Shown one piece after another: positions 32,101 to 34,154 of a stretch of DNA of 64,000 bases. Every line of letters begins with the position of its first letter. Position 1 is the stretch's first letter. Both the position numbers and the translations under genes were made by a program. Source of the stretch: an uncultured Gemmatimonadales bacterium (GTDB taxonomy: Bacteria > Gemmatimonadota > Gemmatimonadetes > Longimicrobiales > Longimicrobiaceae); assembly GCA_963716255.1 (NCBI GenBank), contig OY970303.1, positions 5,248,001 to 5,312,000 of the forward strand, read 5' to 3'. A model generated the notes under the pieces. That model saw nothing but the letters and a program-made list of their open reading frames with translations, was not told where the DNA came from and did no database searches.

Positions 32101-32434
32101 TCTCCTGTTGCTCCTCGGCCGGATGCCCACGCCAGTCGCACGATTCCCAGGGCAGGACCGCGCGCCTGAACACCACCTGGACAGCGTGCTCTACCTCTTC
32201 CCACACGAAGGCGGTGCGCAGCACCGGGCGCTGGTCGAGGACGTGCTGCCACGCCTCCCGCAGCACCACGGGATCGGGGTTTCCGCGCAGGGAAAAGACG
32301 TACTGGCTTAGATAGGCTCCCGAATCCGGCGAAAAAAGGACGTGAAAGACGATTCCGAGCTGGATCGGGGAGAGGGGATATACATCTTCCATGAGCGAGG
32401 ATACGTCGGCCGCTTGTCCGGTGTGCTCAATCAT
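1..32434 (-). CDS. Giant hybrid NRPS-PKS (>10,800 aa; 9 NRPS modules + 1 PKS module visible; 3' end beyond window)
   Basis: ATG at 32434 (MIEHTGQAADVSSLMEDVYPLSPIQ...), with an in-frame stop upstream at 32477-32479. All long + strand shadow ORFs (248, 2369, 4865, 14279, 15833, 22163, 23732, 31253) share one codon register, and no - strand ORF ends in that frame, so the frame is open to base 1. Hand translation shows repeated HHxxxDG, YTSGSTGxPKG, YGPTE, GKxDR and GG(H/D/Y)S motifs. Confidence 0.92.
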   Translation of the reverse strand, partial: MIEHTGQAADVSSLMEDVYPLSPIQLGIVFHVLFSPDSGAYLSQYVFSLRGNPDPVVLREAWQHVLDQRPVLRTAFVWEEVEHAVQVVFRRAVLPWESCDWRGHPAEEQQERLNLHLESQRRPFDLLRPPLMRVSLIRRAEEEFDLVWSFHHLVLDGWSLSLVLQDVLTSYDALLRRTVPVLPRRRPYQDYIAWLLRQELPAAEAYWRGVLEGFTTPTPLGVDRKPGTASDGRRAHGNALRQLSPVATGALQVVAKQHRLTANTMVQGAWALLLSRYSGEDDVVFGAVVTGRPPQLTGMEAMIGLFINTLPVRVRVDGGARLDGWLRELQEQQMEARSYDHSPLSEVQRWSGVAAGQPLFESIVAFENHPVEAVAETGERSFVVEHWERVGRSHYPLELMVLPGERLGLQVEYDEVRIEAAAAAHMVGHLEVLLEAMAADPMRRLGQVSLLRGAERIQVLEAWNATAAPLPQACIHELFTGQAARTPGAVAVVSQGEVLSYAELEHQSSRLAHLLRRRGIGPETRVGVCMERGVEVVVALLGVLKAGGAYVPLDPSNPVERLREVFADAGVAVVLTHAAAGAQLPGEVEALWLDEPETAAALDAMPQTPPSVASHPGQLAYVIYTSGSTGRPKGVAVAHASVVRLVHNTRYVPFGPQERIAQVSNLAFDAATFEIWGALLGGGSLVVIEREATLSPSVFAAELRGRGVSAVFVTTALFNRVAHDEPGAFGSLRHVLFGGELVDPQSVRRVLERGAPERLLHVYGPTETTTYASWQLVRGVEPGASTVPIGVPLGNTALYVLDASGEAVPPGMPGELYVGGVGVARGYLGQPAQTAERFVPDAFVALGSRLYRTGDRVRWNGRGEVEYLGRLDAQVKIRGFRIEPGEVEAVLLEQEGVREAVVAVREDVPGNRRLVAYVVPEEDARLAPGELRAKLGMRLPEYMVPGAYVVLERLPLNANGKVDRRALPAPEQGSAAAYVAPRTAAEEVLAGIWAEVLGVERVGVEANFFELGGYSLLAMQVVTRARQAFGVEVPLRALFEAPSLAALAGRIEALRCAGTSSAPPIEQVSREGPLPLSFAQQRLWVVDRLEPGSPAYNMPYALRLRGALDVRALRGSIGGLVGRHEALRTTFAEHDGVPVQVIHPAAPVPLPVLDLGGLPGEARQHLAQRLAGLEAMRPFDLSRGPLLRSTLLRLSGEDHVLCFTLHHVVSDGWSMDVLVREVSQLYAALSRGETPRLPELPVQYADYAAWQRRWLSEEVLETQLAYWRDRMAGAPPLLEIPTDRPRAAGQRAEAGSQRFALPAGLSDELRALSRAEGATLFMTVLAGWQALLGRWAGQEDVVVGSPIAGRNRRETEGLIGFFVNMLALRGDLAGDPTWTELLGRVREEALGAYEHQELPFERLVEELATERSLTHTPLFQAIFAMNRSSGPDELLELGGLSVELFGREGEGVARFDLDLVVADSGGALSGALVYRKALFEVESIERMVGHLEVVLGAMAADPRRSLSEVSLLRGAERAQVLEAWNTTAAEFPRGCIHELFAEQAARTPDAAAVLFGDEVLTYAELEHRSNQLGHLLRRHGVVPEVRVGLCVERSPEMVVGVLGILKAGGAYLPLDPSYPAGRLGYMLSDAGAGVLLAGDVFPDGLPDFAGEVLRLDAQCRTISGEPVDALPVEVGARNAAYVIYTSGSTGAPKGVVVEHGNLANYLRYFDGAILGDAGFALPLVSRLSFDAHVRQLFPPLLRGGAVWVLPETAATDTGALLEALGARERVGFGGVPSLWSAVLERMERGEGAVPRGLVAVLLGGEAIPGELVRRTRRLFPDVAIWNHYGPTEATVNTTAGRVSEAEGITLGRPIANVRVYVLDGWGEPVPVGVPGELYAGGAGVSRGYLGRPERTAETYLPDPFSREAGARLYRSGDRVRWRGDGELEYLGRVDQQVKIRGFRIELGEIETALAGHPEVSRAVVTVREDVPGNRRLVAYVVGEAGVEVPAAELRAHLAARLPEYMVPGAYVALERLPLNANGKVDRRALPAPEQGSAAAYVAPRTAAEEVLAGIWAEVLGVDRVGVEANFFELGGHSLLATQVVSRARQAFGVEVPLRALFEAPSVAALAGRIEALRSAGTSSAPPIERVSREGPLPLSFAQQRLWVVDRLEPGSAAYNMPYALRLRGVLDLRALRGSIGGLVGRHEALRTTFAEHDGVPVQVIHPATAVPLPVLDLGALREAERERRAQRLAGAEAMRPFDLTRGPLLRSTLLRLSGEDHVLCFTLHHVVSDGWSMDVLVREVSLLYAALSRGEAPRLPELPELPVQYADYAAWQRAWLSGEVLEEQLGYWRERLAGAPPLLEVPTDRPRTPRQSPRAGSRRFALPAEVSQGLHALSRAEGATLFMTVLAAWQALLSKYSGQEDVVVGSPIAGRNRREAEGLIGFFVNMLVLRGDLAGDPTWTELVGRVRETALGAYEHQELPFEKLVEEVAVERSFTHTPLFQVTFSLNQSGGRDGRLELGELAVEPFEGGRDGVARFDLELVIADSGEALGGVLTYRASLFEAETMARMAGHLEVLLEAMAADPVQRISEVSLLRGAERARVLEAWKEVAADYPPLGVDELFAGQAARTRDAPAVRSGGRTLTYAELERDSARLALHLRALGAGPETRVGLCLERGPEMVAAVLGVLRAGAAYVPLDPAQPAERLALMLEDAAPAVLLTREALLERLPAHGARVVCVDRDAAEIAGHGEAAPASGAAPDNLAYVIFTSGSTGRPKGVAVTHRGLGNYLAWAAGAYAGPGHGAPVHSSLSFDLTVTSLLVPLLQGGRVVLAGEGEGVEGLASALREEPGFTLVKLTPAHLALLAGQLTEQEAAAAARTLVVGGEALPAEVAAYWRRVAPGTELVNEYGPTETVVGCVVHRVRDAGGGGSVPIGRPIAGMRAYVLDGGMQPVPVGVPGELYLGGAGVARGYLGQPGLTAGRFVPDPFGREPGARLYRTGDRARWLSGGELDYLGRTDHQVKVRGYRIEPGEIESVLAALPQVREAIVVVREDAPGDRRLVAYVVPAEGAADTPAGLRARLRSRLPEYMVPSAVVLLDALPLAPGGKVDRRALPAPDFVAAGAYVAPRTPTEEVLSGIWAEVLGTGRVGMEDDFFALGGHSLLAMQVVSRARQVLGADVPLRALFEAPTVAMLAGRIEGLRGTGASPAPRIERVSREEPLPLSFAQQRLWLVDRLEPGSAAYNMPGALRLRGALDTAALRASLDGLVRRHETLRTTFVEQGGVPVQVIHPAAPVELPDLDLRSLPVEARTHEVERLASQEALRPFDLARGPLLRSTLLRVDEEEHVLLFTLHHVVSDGWSMQVLVREVSALYTALCRGEEPRLQELPVQYADFAVWQRAWLSGQTLDAQIGYWKQRLAGAPPLLEISTDRPRRTGQSALAASRHFAVSPELSRELRALSRREGATLFMTTLAAWQVLLARYAGQEDVVVGSPISGRNRQEVEGLIGFFVNMLALRADLAGDPTWTELLGRTRATALAAFDHQELPFERLVEELGAERSLTHTPVFQVTFALQRSGAEGQLSLGDLELAPFGSGAGVAKFDLGLALADEPESLAGTLAYKGALFEAETIARMAGHLEVLLEAMAAEPRRRLWEVSLLRDGERAQLLAGSRAEAVGRPSACVHELFSAQAAATPDLTAVAGRGGALTYTELERGANRLARHLQRRGVGPESRVGVCLEPGAELVVGVLAILKAGGAYVPLDPAYPAERLAYTLSDSGASVLLTRSALLDALPAFAGEVVRLDADGEAVVREPDGAPRSGVDARNAAYVVYTSGSTGRPKGVVVEHAGLANTLLGTLEAFGPGAGEVFPATASYAFDIWAFEVFAPLLSGGTVRLLARATVRDVERLVGELAEVDAVHAVPALMREVVQRVQAGPGTLPRMRRVYVGGDAVPADLIGEMRRAFPSAELRVLYGPTETTILGAASRLRAEGGYAWQVVGRALPGAGLYVCDAGGSLLPAGVPGELWIGGAGVARGYLDRPELTAEKFVPHAFAIEPGARLYRTGDRVRRRADGELEFLGRVDEQVKVRGFRIEPGEVEAALLAHETIREAAVVVREDVPGQKRLVAYVAPAEDAQVAVAGLREHLSARLPEHMVPGAFVVLDRLPLSANGKVDRRALPAPEREAAAAYVAPRTATEEVLSGIWAEVLGTARVGVEDGFFDLGGHSLLATQVVSRARQAFGAEVPLRALFEAPTVAALAERIEILRGSGAAAGPPLERVPREGPLPLSFAQQRLWVVDRLEPGSAAYNMPYALRLRGGLDAAALRAALDELVRRHEALRTVFAERDGVPVQVIGPPAPVPLQVVDLRDAADALREAGRLAAEEALRPFDLERGPLLRSTLLRLDEDDHVLCFTLHHVVSDGWSIEVLVREVSALYAGEPLPELPVQYADYAVWQRAWLSGGPLEAQLAFWREQLRSAPPLLEIPVDRPRAQGQSPRAAGHRFVLPPALSQGLRELSRREGTTLFMTVLAGWQALLGRYAGQEDVVVGSPVAGRNRREVEGLIGFFVNLLVLRVDLSGDPAWAELLGRVRETALGAYDHQELPFERLVEEVGVERSLTHSPLVQTTFALQRTGGLGDALRLGDVALEPFGGGERVARFDLDLVLDESGEALAGELVYRAALFEPATMARLAGHLETVLEAMAADPRRRLSEVSLLRGAERARVLEAWNDTARPVPAGPGLHDLFAARARRTPDAPALTWRGEPVTYAELDRRSRRLAGTLRRRGVGPETRVGVCMSRTPELVAALLAVVRAGGAYVPMDPGYPVERLRYMLADSGAALLLADSAAAGRLGECGVEVLRSDAAADAGEAADAEVEPESLAYVVYTSGSTGTPKGVLGTHGAAVNRFAWMWSEHPFAADEVCCQKTSLAFVDSVWEVFGPLLAGVPSVLVPDEDARDPEALVAHLSLRGVTRIVLVPSLLDPLLDAYPEIGRRCPRLRLVVTSGEALPPELARRFAEALPGARLLNLYGSSEAAADSTHHPVGPTVGERVPIGRPIWNTRVYVVDAAMEPAPAGAAGELYVAGKGVARGYMGNPAATAERFVPDPFGRVPGERMYRTGDRARWTAGGELEYLGRADQQVKVRGFRIELGEVEAVLRAHLAVREAAVVARTDARGDLRIAAYVAAEEGEAPSRAELRAHLGARLPEHMVPGAFVVLDRLPHTPSGKLDRRALPAPAWGEEGVYVAPRTATEEVLAGIWAEVLGAERVGVEDNFFERGGHSLLATQVVSRVRQALGVEMPLKALFEAPTVAALAGCAEELRSAGASPAPPVERVSRSEPLPLSFAQQRLWVVDRIEPGSAAYNMPGALRLRGALDTAALRASLDGLVRRHETLRTTFVEQGGVPVQVIHPAAPVELPDLDLRSLPVEARTHEVERLASQEALRPFDLARGPLLRSTLLRVDEEEHVLLFTLHHVVSDGWSMQVLVREVSALYTALCRGEEPRLQELPVQYADFAVWQRAWLSGQTLDAQIGYWKQRLAGAPPLLEIPTDRPRRTGQSALAASRHFAVSPELSRELRALSRREGATLFMTTLAAWQVLLARYAGQEDVVVGSPISGRNRQEVEGLIGFFVNMLALRADLAGDPTWTELLGRTRATALAAFDHQELPFERLVEELGAERSLTHTPVFQVTFALQRSGAEGQLSLGDLELTPFGSGAGVAKFDLGLALADEPESLAGTLAYKGALFEAETIARMAGHLEVLLEAMAAEPRRRLWEVSLLRRVERAQVVEAWNATPAAFPQACVHELFAEQAACTPNAVAIVSGNASLTYAELERRANRLAHHLRRRGVGPEARVAVCAERSGELIVALLAVLKSGGAYVPVDPAYPAERLAYLLEDSGCAAVLVQEHLRGLLGDATVEVLGLESALAETGGGDAAPGVEVDPQNAAYVIYTSGSTGRPKGVVVTHGNVTRLFAATQPWFGFGAEDVWTLFHSYAFDFSVWEIWGALLHGGRLVVVPWQTSRDPEAFHDLLARERVTVLNQTPSAFRQLNAADEQIGDAAELALRWVVFGGEALEPGSLRGWMGRHGEESPRLVNMYGITETTVHVTYRLLGWADVEAGDGSPVGEPIPDLGVRVLDRRGEPAPVGVPGELYVAGAGVSRGYLGRPELTAERFVPDAFGGEAGARLYRSGDRARWLAAGELEYLGRLDHQVKIRGFRIEPGEIEAALLGVEGVREAVVLVREDPAFGMPGSAGPRLVAYMAPEAGAEVTAAELRARLHERLPEYMVPEAFVVLESIPLTANGKVDRRALPAPERSGGGREGGAPLTAAERAVAAIWEEVLGVPHIGVGDNFFDLGGHSLLLVQVHSRLQDRFPDRVALVDLFTHRTLGALAAQLGSSAAPGVPKPPRVASAPDAPPVHEAKGPEAARAAEAPEAPRAEVPEPREAPAGRSHEHAEERRARTRQHRAARSGREAGTHPIEPGMNSQTGSPGGQDVAIIGMAGRFPGARDIDELWQNLRSGTRSLRRLGDEELRAAGVSRRERTAPGYVPVSGVVEGAELFDAAFFGFTPREALVMNPQQRLFLECAWEALERAGYASRDYAGRIGVYASEGQNRYMLDVLSQRALVRAVGGLQVILSNSASVATLTSFKLGLEGPSLNVQTACSSSLVAVHLACQGLLCGETDVALAGGVRISVPQHRGYRYQPGGITSPTGECVPFDADARGLVAGSGVGAVVLKRLEDALADGDLVHAVIRGSAVNNDGDRKVGFTAPRWEGQAAVISEALAMARVEPGDVSYVEAHGSGTEVGDPIEVAALVAAFGEGKKGTCALGAVKSSIGHLDAAAGVVGLIKTVLALQNEEIPPSPYFRRPNPRIDFDRSPFYVNPDLRPWAPGGRPRIAGVSSFGIGGTNAHVVLEEAPQAAPSGPSRPWQLLVLSARTPAALEAATDRLAAHLRERPEQKLADVAHTLRVGRRRFKQRRVLVCRGREDAAAALEARDPRRVLEGAQEREERPVAFLFPGVGDHYVQMARGLYEAEPVFHDEVDRCARILGAHTRSDVREWLFPGDPAPEQAAGGAPVEAGGSTDLRGMLGRAAAGDPLGRTERAHPAVFVVEYALARLWMSWGVQPESMIGHSLGEYVAATVAGVFRLEDALALLAERARLISGLPAGAMLAVPMDPAALGPRLRDGLALAAHNASGLCTVSGPAESVAALEAELVEEGVACRRLVAEHAFHSAEMEPVAERLAERLRAMRLAEPEIPFVSNVTGTWIRPEEATDPEYWTRHLCGTVRFAEGMSELLLDGSRVLLEVGPGRTLGTFALHGGAAEAAVFASLRHAYTRQSDQAYLLETLGRLWIAGVRMDWDGFTAGERRRRALLPTYPFERQPYWVERRPRRRGAPRPAASAAGNDSPGADPVPRDPAVTAPPAAAPGKLPGLQPRPETGTRYVAPAGELEERMAELWQDLLGFERIGAHDDFFSLGGHSLMATQLVMRVQGEFRADVSLDAVFEVPTVAGMAQRVAALRDDVDAAGPAAIRPVPRTGPLPLSYGQERIWMLDRLEPGNPMYNVPMAGWLRGPLDMGAARRALAEIVRRHEVYRTVYAEVDGVAVQIVRPHIDVPLPVDDFSGIPEADRMATVRRRHDEEARCPTDLTTGPVMRARLLRFEPGLHALLITAHHIVTDGWSEGLFLYELRVLYQAFTSGRPSPLPELPIQYADYAVWQREQLSGERLQQHLAFWRESLRGVPPVLELPTDRPRPPVQSYRGGKRGIELSAELVERVRALARRERTTFHLVLVAAFQALCFRYTGQEDFAMGSLAASRPRPETQLLLGYFLNTIPVRARPSARLRFDEVLGQVRTFMAGAYPHAELPLQMILDEVRPERDPSRNPLIQVMLGIQAPGDYGPPPEESSGLSMHPLGGGAVPTGDSGTAKFDMLLQVTEGGALAIPAVAEYNSDLFDLATVDRFLDHFRVLLEAAVDAPDTPLAQIPLLLEGESRQLLEEWNRTEAEYPSDLCLHHLFEAQAARTPDAAAVVFEEESLSYGALNARANRLAHHLRRLGVGREVRVGLCLERSLEMVVGLLGILKAGGAYVPLDPGYPAERLAYMLSDSGAPVLLTQEELRGALAVPEGTEVVDVSGAERAGESVENPDGGATPDGLAYVIYTSGSTGRPKGVMSAHRGIVNRLAWMQAEYRLGAEDVVLQKTPFSFDVSVWEFFWPLQQGACLVMARPEGHRDPAYLQEVIERRGVTTLHFVPSMLQAFVEAADAERCATLKRVICSGEALPVALVERFHERFAAPMGLHNLYGPTEAAVDVSFWACEREGGRTAVPIGRPVWNTQLYVLDRGLGPVPVGVAGELYIGGVQVARGYLGRAELTGDRFVPNPFGGEAGGRLYRTGDKVRWRSDGALEYLGRLDEQVKVRGFRIELGEVEAVLLAQPGVRECAVVVREDAPGERRLVAYLAGAAEGLPPVEELRARLRELLPEYMVPTAFVTLDALPLTPNGKVDRAALPTPAAERASGREPAAPRNAEERALVEIWSAVLGVERVGIHERFFELGGDSILAIRVATAARRAGMQLLPRQLFEHATIAELARVAGTGASVVAEQGRVAGAAPLTPIQRWFFAQEPPAPHHYNQALLLVPPRALEPRLLERALAVLVEHHDALRLRFRRGGGGWTQEHAPAGERAPLVTIDLARLDGAARDRAMAEAVDRVQAGLDLERGPVLRVAHFRTRDEGRLLLALHHLVVDGVSWRILLEDLETAYVQAERGEPVRLPAKTTSWKAWAERLAEHAGAPETLAEAAYWTERARGAAAALPLDAPRAEDTAGLGRTVAVQLGADETEALLREVPAAYRTHVDEVLLCALVRALARWTGERRVRVELEGHGRKEERLEGVDLSRTVGWFTSLYPVLLELPAAGGPGEALRAVKEQLRAVPGRGLGYGLLRWMGGGGAAELAAAPRAEVAFNYLGQVDRTVSQDTFLRLAPESGGAHQDPRRVRPHRLEVNGVVSGGCLRITLGYGAATLREETARRLAAWYLEELRELVAHCRRTDAAGYTPSDFPRAGLDQAALDRLLGGERGIEDVYPATPMHEGMLFHSQYAPESGVYVGQLAFALEGPLDAGAVERAWRGAVARHAALRTGFAWRGLPRPLQVVRETVELEFRREDRPGLVAAELAELAAAERARGFDLERPPLMRVALLRVGDREHQLVWTHHHLVLDGWSLSVLFRDVLALYRAHARSEEPQLPPAPRYREYVAWLEARDASAAERHWREELRGFAATTPLPLPRAGSGEARHEIHVAELPEALSQRLQERSRERGLTVNTLVQGAWALLLARYAGEDDVVFGATVSGRPADLPGAEEMVGLFINTLPVRVPVPPQAEAGAWLAQLQDRQARAREHEHASLVQVRRWSEMPPGEALFESLVVFENFPVERAAADGAEALRVRLSLSVEQTNYPLTLVVTPGSRFHVALHYDRTRSGPDDAERLVEQLGTLLEGLSGDPGRRLSEVSLLRDAERARMLAAWSAAAAGGTPLLHDLFTAQAARTPDSPAVVADGRVLTYAELERGADQLARRLQRRGVGPEVAVGVCMERSPELVLALLGILKAGGVYLPLDPAYPAERLAFMLADAGAPALLTGARSGDPVPTFSGERIALDRDRTPDAPPAGEPPACAGSRDNAAYVIYTSGSTGTPKGVVVTHASAVNLLQRSVETLDVRQGGRVLMTSSVSFDVSVLDVFAALLSGSALYFADREALLSPERLAARLRELEISTWMVTPALLDSLPDVELPALRTLASGGDRCSARAAGRWSAGRRMVNIYGPTEATIFATSYTCPPGVAEAPPVGWPAADARVYVLDAWGGPVATGVPGELYIGGPGVARGYLGRPALTAERFLPDPFSAEPGARMYRTGDRLRRLASGALEFMGRLDAQVKIRGQRVEPGEVEAVLLGAGGVREAVVVAREDAVFDVPGEKRLVAYVVGDGGGNLQAGELRVHLRELLPEHMIPAAFVVLDRLPVTANGKVDRRALPEPGFAASGEYVAPRSATEELLCGIWADVLQVERVGVHDGFFELGGHSLVANRLVSRVAEALGAELPIRVVFEAPTVAAMAEHVEEIRRAGAPALPPAAPAGRMEVLPLSFAQERLWLVDQMEGVGALYNIPVARRLAGALDEAALERALGEIVRRHEALRTTFAEVNGSPVQVIAPFGGFALPVEDLSALGEADREAALSQRASEEASRPFDLSAGPLFRAVLLRLGTEEHALLLCMHHIVSDGWSMGVLFRELSALYAAYHEGEESPLAELLVQYADYALWQREQLAGEVLDRQLAYWKERLADAPAVLELPVDHPRPAVQTYRGASVPMELSRELLERLQGLGRSEGATLYMVLLGAFQVLLGRYSGSEDVVVGSPIAGRTLGEVMGLIGFFVNTLVLRTDLSGDPSFRELLGRVREATLGAYEHQEVPFERLVAELSPERSLSHSPLFQVMFTLDNVRDSGGGLAGLGVQEVGTQLEVAKFDLSLGLTATVQGLRGELNYSTDLFEPGTTRHMARHLERVLEQVAWDADLRLSELRLAGEEERALLAAGHATRSFPVAERLDQRFEALALERPDAHALTFAGTTTTYGELNQRANRLAHRLRALGVGPEVRVGIVLERSAELVATILAVLKAGGAYVPLDPAYPAERIAFVLEDAQIPVLVTASGLLARLPAFTGAALCVDTDADAIAQESNENPGVQAGPDTLAYVIYTSGSTGKPKGVEITHANVVRLFDATEAWFGFAPDDVWTLFHSSAFDFSVWEIWGALLHGGRLVVVPFLTTRSPEDFHRLLADEGVTMLSQTPSAFKQLVQADLASGVDPSALRLRHVVFGGEA
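2260..5330 (-). other. Module L8 C(DCL)-A-T, hydrophobic substrate unassigned
   Basis: YPATPMHEGMLFH, HHHLVLDGWS, FENFP, TNYPL; A code DVLMAGIIFK; T motif GGHSL. Confidence 0.78.
5380..9925 (-). other. Module L7 C-A-T-E, predicted D-Ser
   Basis: C HHIVTDG; A code DVWHISLVDK (Ser); T motif GGDSI (E-type); E domain LTPIQRWF, HHLVVDGVSW, EGHGR, RTVGWFT, FNYLGQ. Confidence 0.85.
10000..13060 (-). other. Type I PKS module KS-AT-ACP (no KR/DH/ER)
   Basis: KS: DVAIIGMAGRFPGA, QTACSSS, EAHGSGT, KSSIGHLD, SSFGIGGTNAHVVLEE (~11795-13060). AT: GHSLG and HAFH, malonyl-type (~10480-11510), followed by LPTYPF. ACP: FFSLGGHSL (~10000-10215). Confidence 0.92.
13355..16510 (-). other. Module L6 C(LCL)-A-T, predicted Thr
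   Basis: FDFSVWEIW / VLNQTP / VVFGGE / NMYGITETTVH gives code DFWNVGMVHK. Confidence 0.85.
15194..16459. repeat. ~1.27 kb direct repeat, copy 1 (C domain of L6)
   Basis: Nearly identical to 21524-22789 (offset 6330); about 3 mismatches found by eye. Confidence 0.92.
16575..19655 (-). other. Module L5 C(LCL)-A-T, predicted beta-alanine
   Basis: AFVDSVWE / RIVLVP / VVTSGE / NLYGSSEAAAD gives code VDWVVSLADK; the shifted Asp (VD) pattern is typical of beta-Ala-activating domains such as the bleomycin type. Confidence 0.75.
19725..22840 (-). other. Module L4 C(LCL)-A-T, substrate unknown
   Basis: YAFDIWAFE / AVHAVP / VYVGGD / VLYGPTETTIL gives code DIFHYGLILK. Confidence 0.75.
21524..22789. 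repeat. ~1.27 kb direct repeat, copy 2 (C domain of L4)
   Basis: Nearly identical to 15194-16459; shadow ORFs 15833/22163, 16083/22413 and 15462/21792 translate alike. Confidence 0.92.
22905..26030 (-). other. Module L3 C(LCL)-A-T, predicted Asn
   Basis: FDLTVTS / LVKLTP / LVVGGE / NEYGPTETVVG gives code DLTKVGEVGK (Asn-type). Confidence 0.8.
25590..26400. repeat. A-end / T / C-start repeat; partner at ~28776-29586
   Basis: Long identical runs at offset ~3186 with one divergent patch; shadow ORFs 25605 and 28791 are near-identical. Confidence 0.8.
26100..29215 (-). other. Module L2 C(LCL)-A-T, substrate unknown
   Basis: FDAHVRQ / GFGGVP / VLLGGE / NHYGPTEATVN gives code DARGLGHVNK; T motif GGHSL. 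Confidence 0.75.
29285..31015 (-). other. Module L1 A-T, predicted Ile
   Basis: FDAATFEIW / SAVFVTT / VLFGGE / HVYGPTETTTY gives code DAFFLGVTYK (Ile-type); T motif LGGYSL. Confidence 0.75.
31130..32390 (-). other. N-terminal condensation domain, DCL-like
   Basis: YPLSPIQLGIVFH, WSFHHLVLDGWS, TMVQGAWALLLSRYSGEDDVVFG, IGLFINTLPVR, FENHP, SHYPL; same motif set as the post-E C domain at 4075-5330. Confidence 0.8.
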
Positions 32435-32537
32435 ATCTGCTCGTGACGTATGGGTTGAGACGGCCTGCGGTGCAGATCACCCGGCTGGACCCGCGGCATG
32501 GAGGCGCCGGAGGTAAGCTGGGCAAAACCGCACTGCC

Positions 32538-32566
32538 ATACTATACGTGTCGTTTTTTATGCGCAA
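32538..32566 (-). promoter_or_regulatory. Candidate sigma70-type promoter for the left arm
   Basis: On - strand, TTGCGC-N17-TAGTAT in an AT-rich patch ~100 nt upstream of ATG 32434. Confidence 0.4.
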
Positions 32567-32701
32567 CGGCTTACTCAAATCGCAAGAATACTGCCGACGC
32601 TTTTCTGCAGGATCTACCGGGTGACGGGTCCCTGCTGTCGCGAAAGCGGCTGAGTTCCGGAGATCCTCGGTGAGGTGCTGTAGAACCGCATGCCGCACCT
32701 A

Positions 32702-33894
32702 GTGGATCACCCCGGCTGAGGTGATGGGTATCGGGAGGAGAACTTCTCCCGAGCCTTGGCGGTTGTGAAACGCCACTGAATCGTGGCCTTGCTGCCGTTG
32801 CGGTCGCGGCACCAGACGGCGGTTTCACGCTGCACGACTTCCATGCTGGGCAGGCGCCGGTCCAAGCATTGAGTGCCGAGCACGGAGAACTCCACCTCGG
32901 CCATGTTCAACCAGCTTGCATGCTTGGGCGTGTGGTGCAACTCCAGGCGCTTTGCGATCCGGCTTGCTTCCTCGGGCGCGAACGCCTGGTAGAGCGAGGC
33001 CGGCGTGTGCGTGTTCAGGTTGTCCAGCACCACGCGGACCTTCTCCGCCTCCGGAAAATGCACGTCCACCAGATCCCGCATGCAGTGGGCGAAGTCGATC
33101 GCGGTGCGCCGCTGCGTGACCTTGACCTCTCGCCAGGCGGTGTCGGGGCTGAAGAAGAGGAAGAGGTTGCACGTGCCTTCGCGCCGGTACTCGTAGTCGA
33201 ACCGCTCGGCCTGCCCCGGTCGCGCCGGCAGCGGCATGCGCACCTCGGACAGAAGTTGCAGAGGCATCTCGTCAAAGGCCACACGCGGCCGCTTCGGGTC
33301 GTTCGGCTCTGCATACAGGTCGAGCACGTCCTCCATCCGCCAGACGAATTCGGCCGTGATCTCCGGGATCAGCCACTGCTGGCGCTGCCACGGCTTCGTC
33401 TTGCTTTTTTGAGCGTGCGGCGCACCGTCTCATCCGAGATCGAGTCCACCGCCCCCAGTTCCACCAGCCGGTCCGCGAGCATCTGCATGCTCCAGCGGGC
33501 GCGCCCACCAGGCACGTCGCTGCAGGCCAGCGCCAGGAGCAGGGCCTCCGCTTTGCCTGTCAGCTTCGGCGGCATCGGCGGGCGGGGTTTCTCTGAGAGA
33601 GCCGCCTCCAGCCCTTCTTCCACGAAGCGCTTGCGGATGCGCTCCACCGTAGCGACCCCGACGCCCACGCCCGCGACGATCTGCTCGTCCGTGGCACCCT
33701 CGTCGGAGCGCAGCACCACCAGAGCGCGTTTGATCCGCCGCGCGCTTGCCTTCCCCTTGCGCGTGAGCACAAGCAGATCGCTGCGCTCCTGCTCCGTCAG
33801 CTTCACCTTGTACCGCTTCGTCATCCTTCGGCTCCTGTACAACTGCGTACCCAAAGCCGAAGGATACCCCATCAACTCACTCGTGGTGCCCCAC
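32702..33894 (-). mobile_element. IS630-family insertion sequence (~1.19 kb), apparently complete
   Basis: Imperfect terminal inverted repeats (GTGGATCACCCCGGCTGAGGTGATGGGTATC vs reverse complement GTGGGGCACCACGAGTGAGTTGATGGGGTATC); TA in CTAG context at both ends (32699-32702, 33894-33897); HTH ORF plus DDE ORF. Confidence 0.92.
32707..33824 (-). CDS. IS630 transposase in two frames joined at an A6 slippery run (~372 aa if -1 shifted)
   Basis: ORF-A MTKRYKVKLT...ISDETVRRTLKK (ATG 33824, AGGAG upstream). At CTC-AAA-AAA-G (33405-33410) the -1 frame continues SKTKPWQRQQWLIP...MEDVLDLY, with FDE, LDNL and WLNMAE (DDE). Confidence 0.88.
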
Positions 33895-34154
33895 TAGTCT
33901 CGCGGGGCTCCCGTCCAAGGCGAATCGCGTGACAGTCCGCGCGCCTGCTTCGCAACCGGGAGCTACGGAGAGTTCTGGGCTCTCCCGCACGATTGGTGAA
34001 TCGGGTCATGCCGGTCAGGGGGGACAAGTAGAGTATGCGAGTGATCTCCGGCGGCTTTTCCCCTATGCACGCCTGATCTGGGGTGACTGTTTCCGCTGCG
34101 TTGGGTACCTCGCCCGGGCGCTTGTTTTTAGTCTGGACCGGAACCGGGCATCAG

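Noticed and set aside
32477..32828. Small ORFs upstream of the left NRPS as MbtH or precursor peptides
   Set aside because: No MbtH Trp motifs or leader-like features; they overlap the promoter region and IS end
32869..33897. 342-aa + strand ORF over the IS
   Set aside because: Antisense of the IS630 transposase
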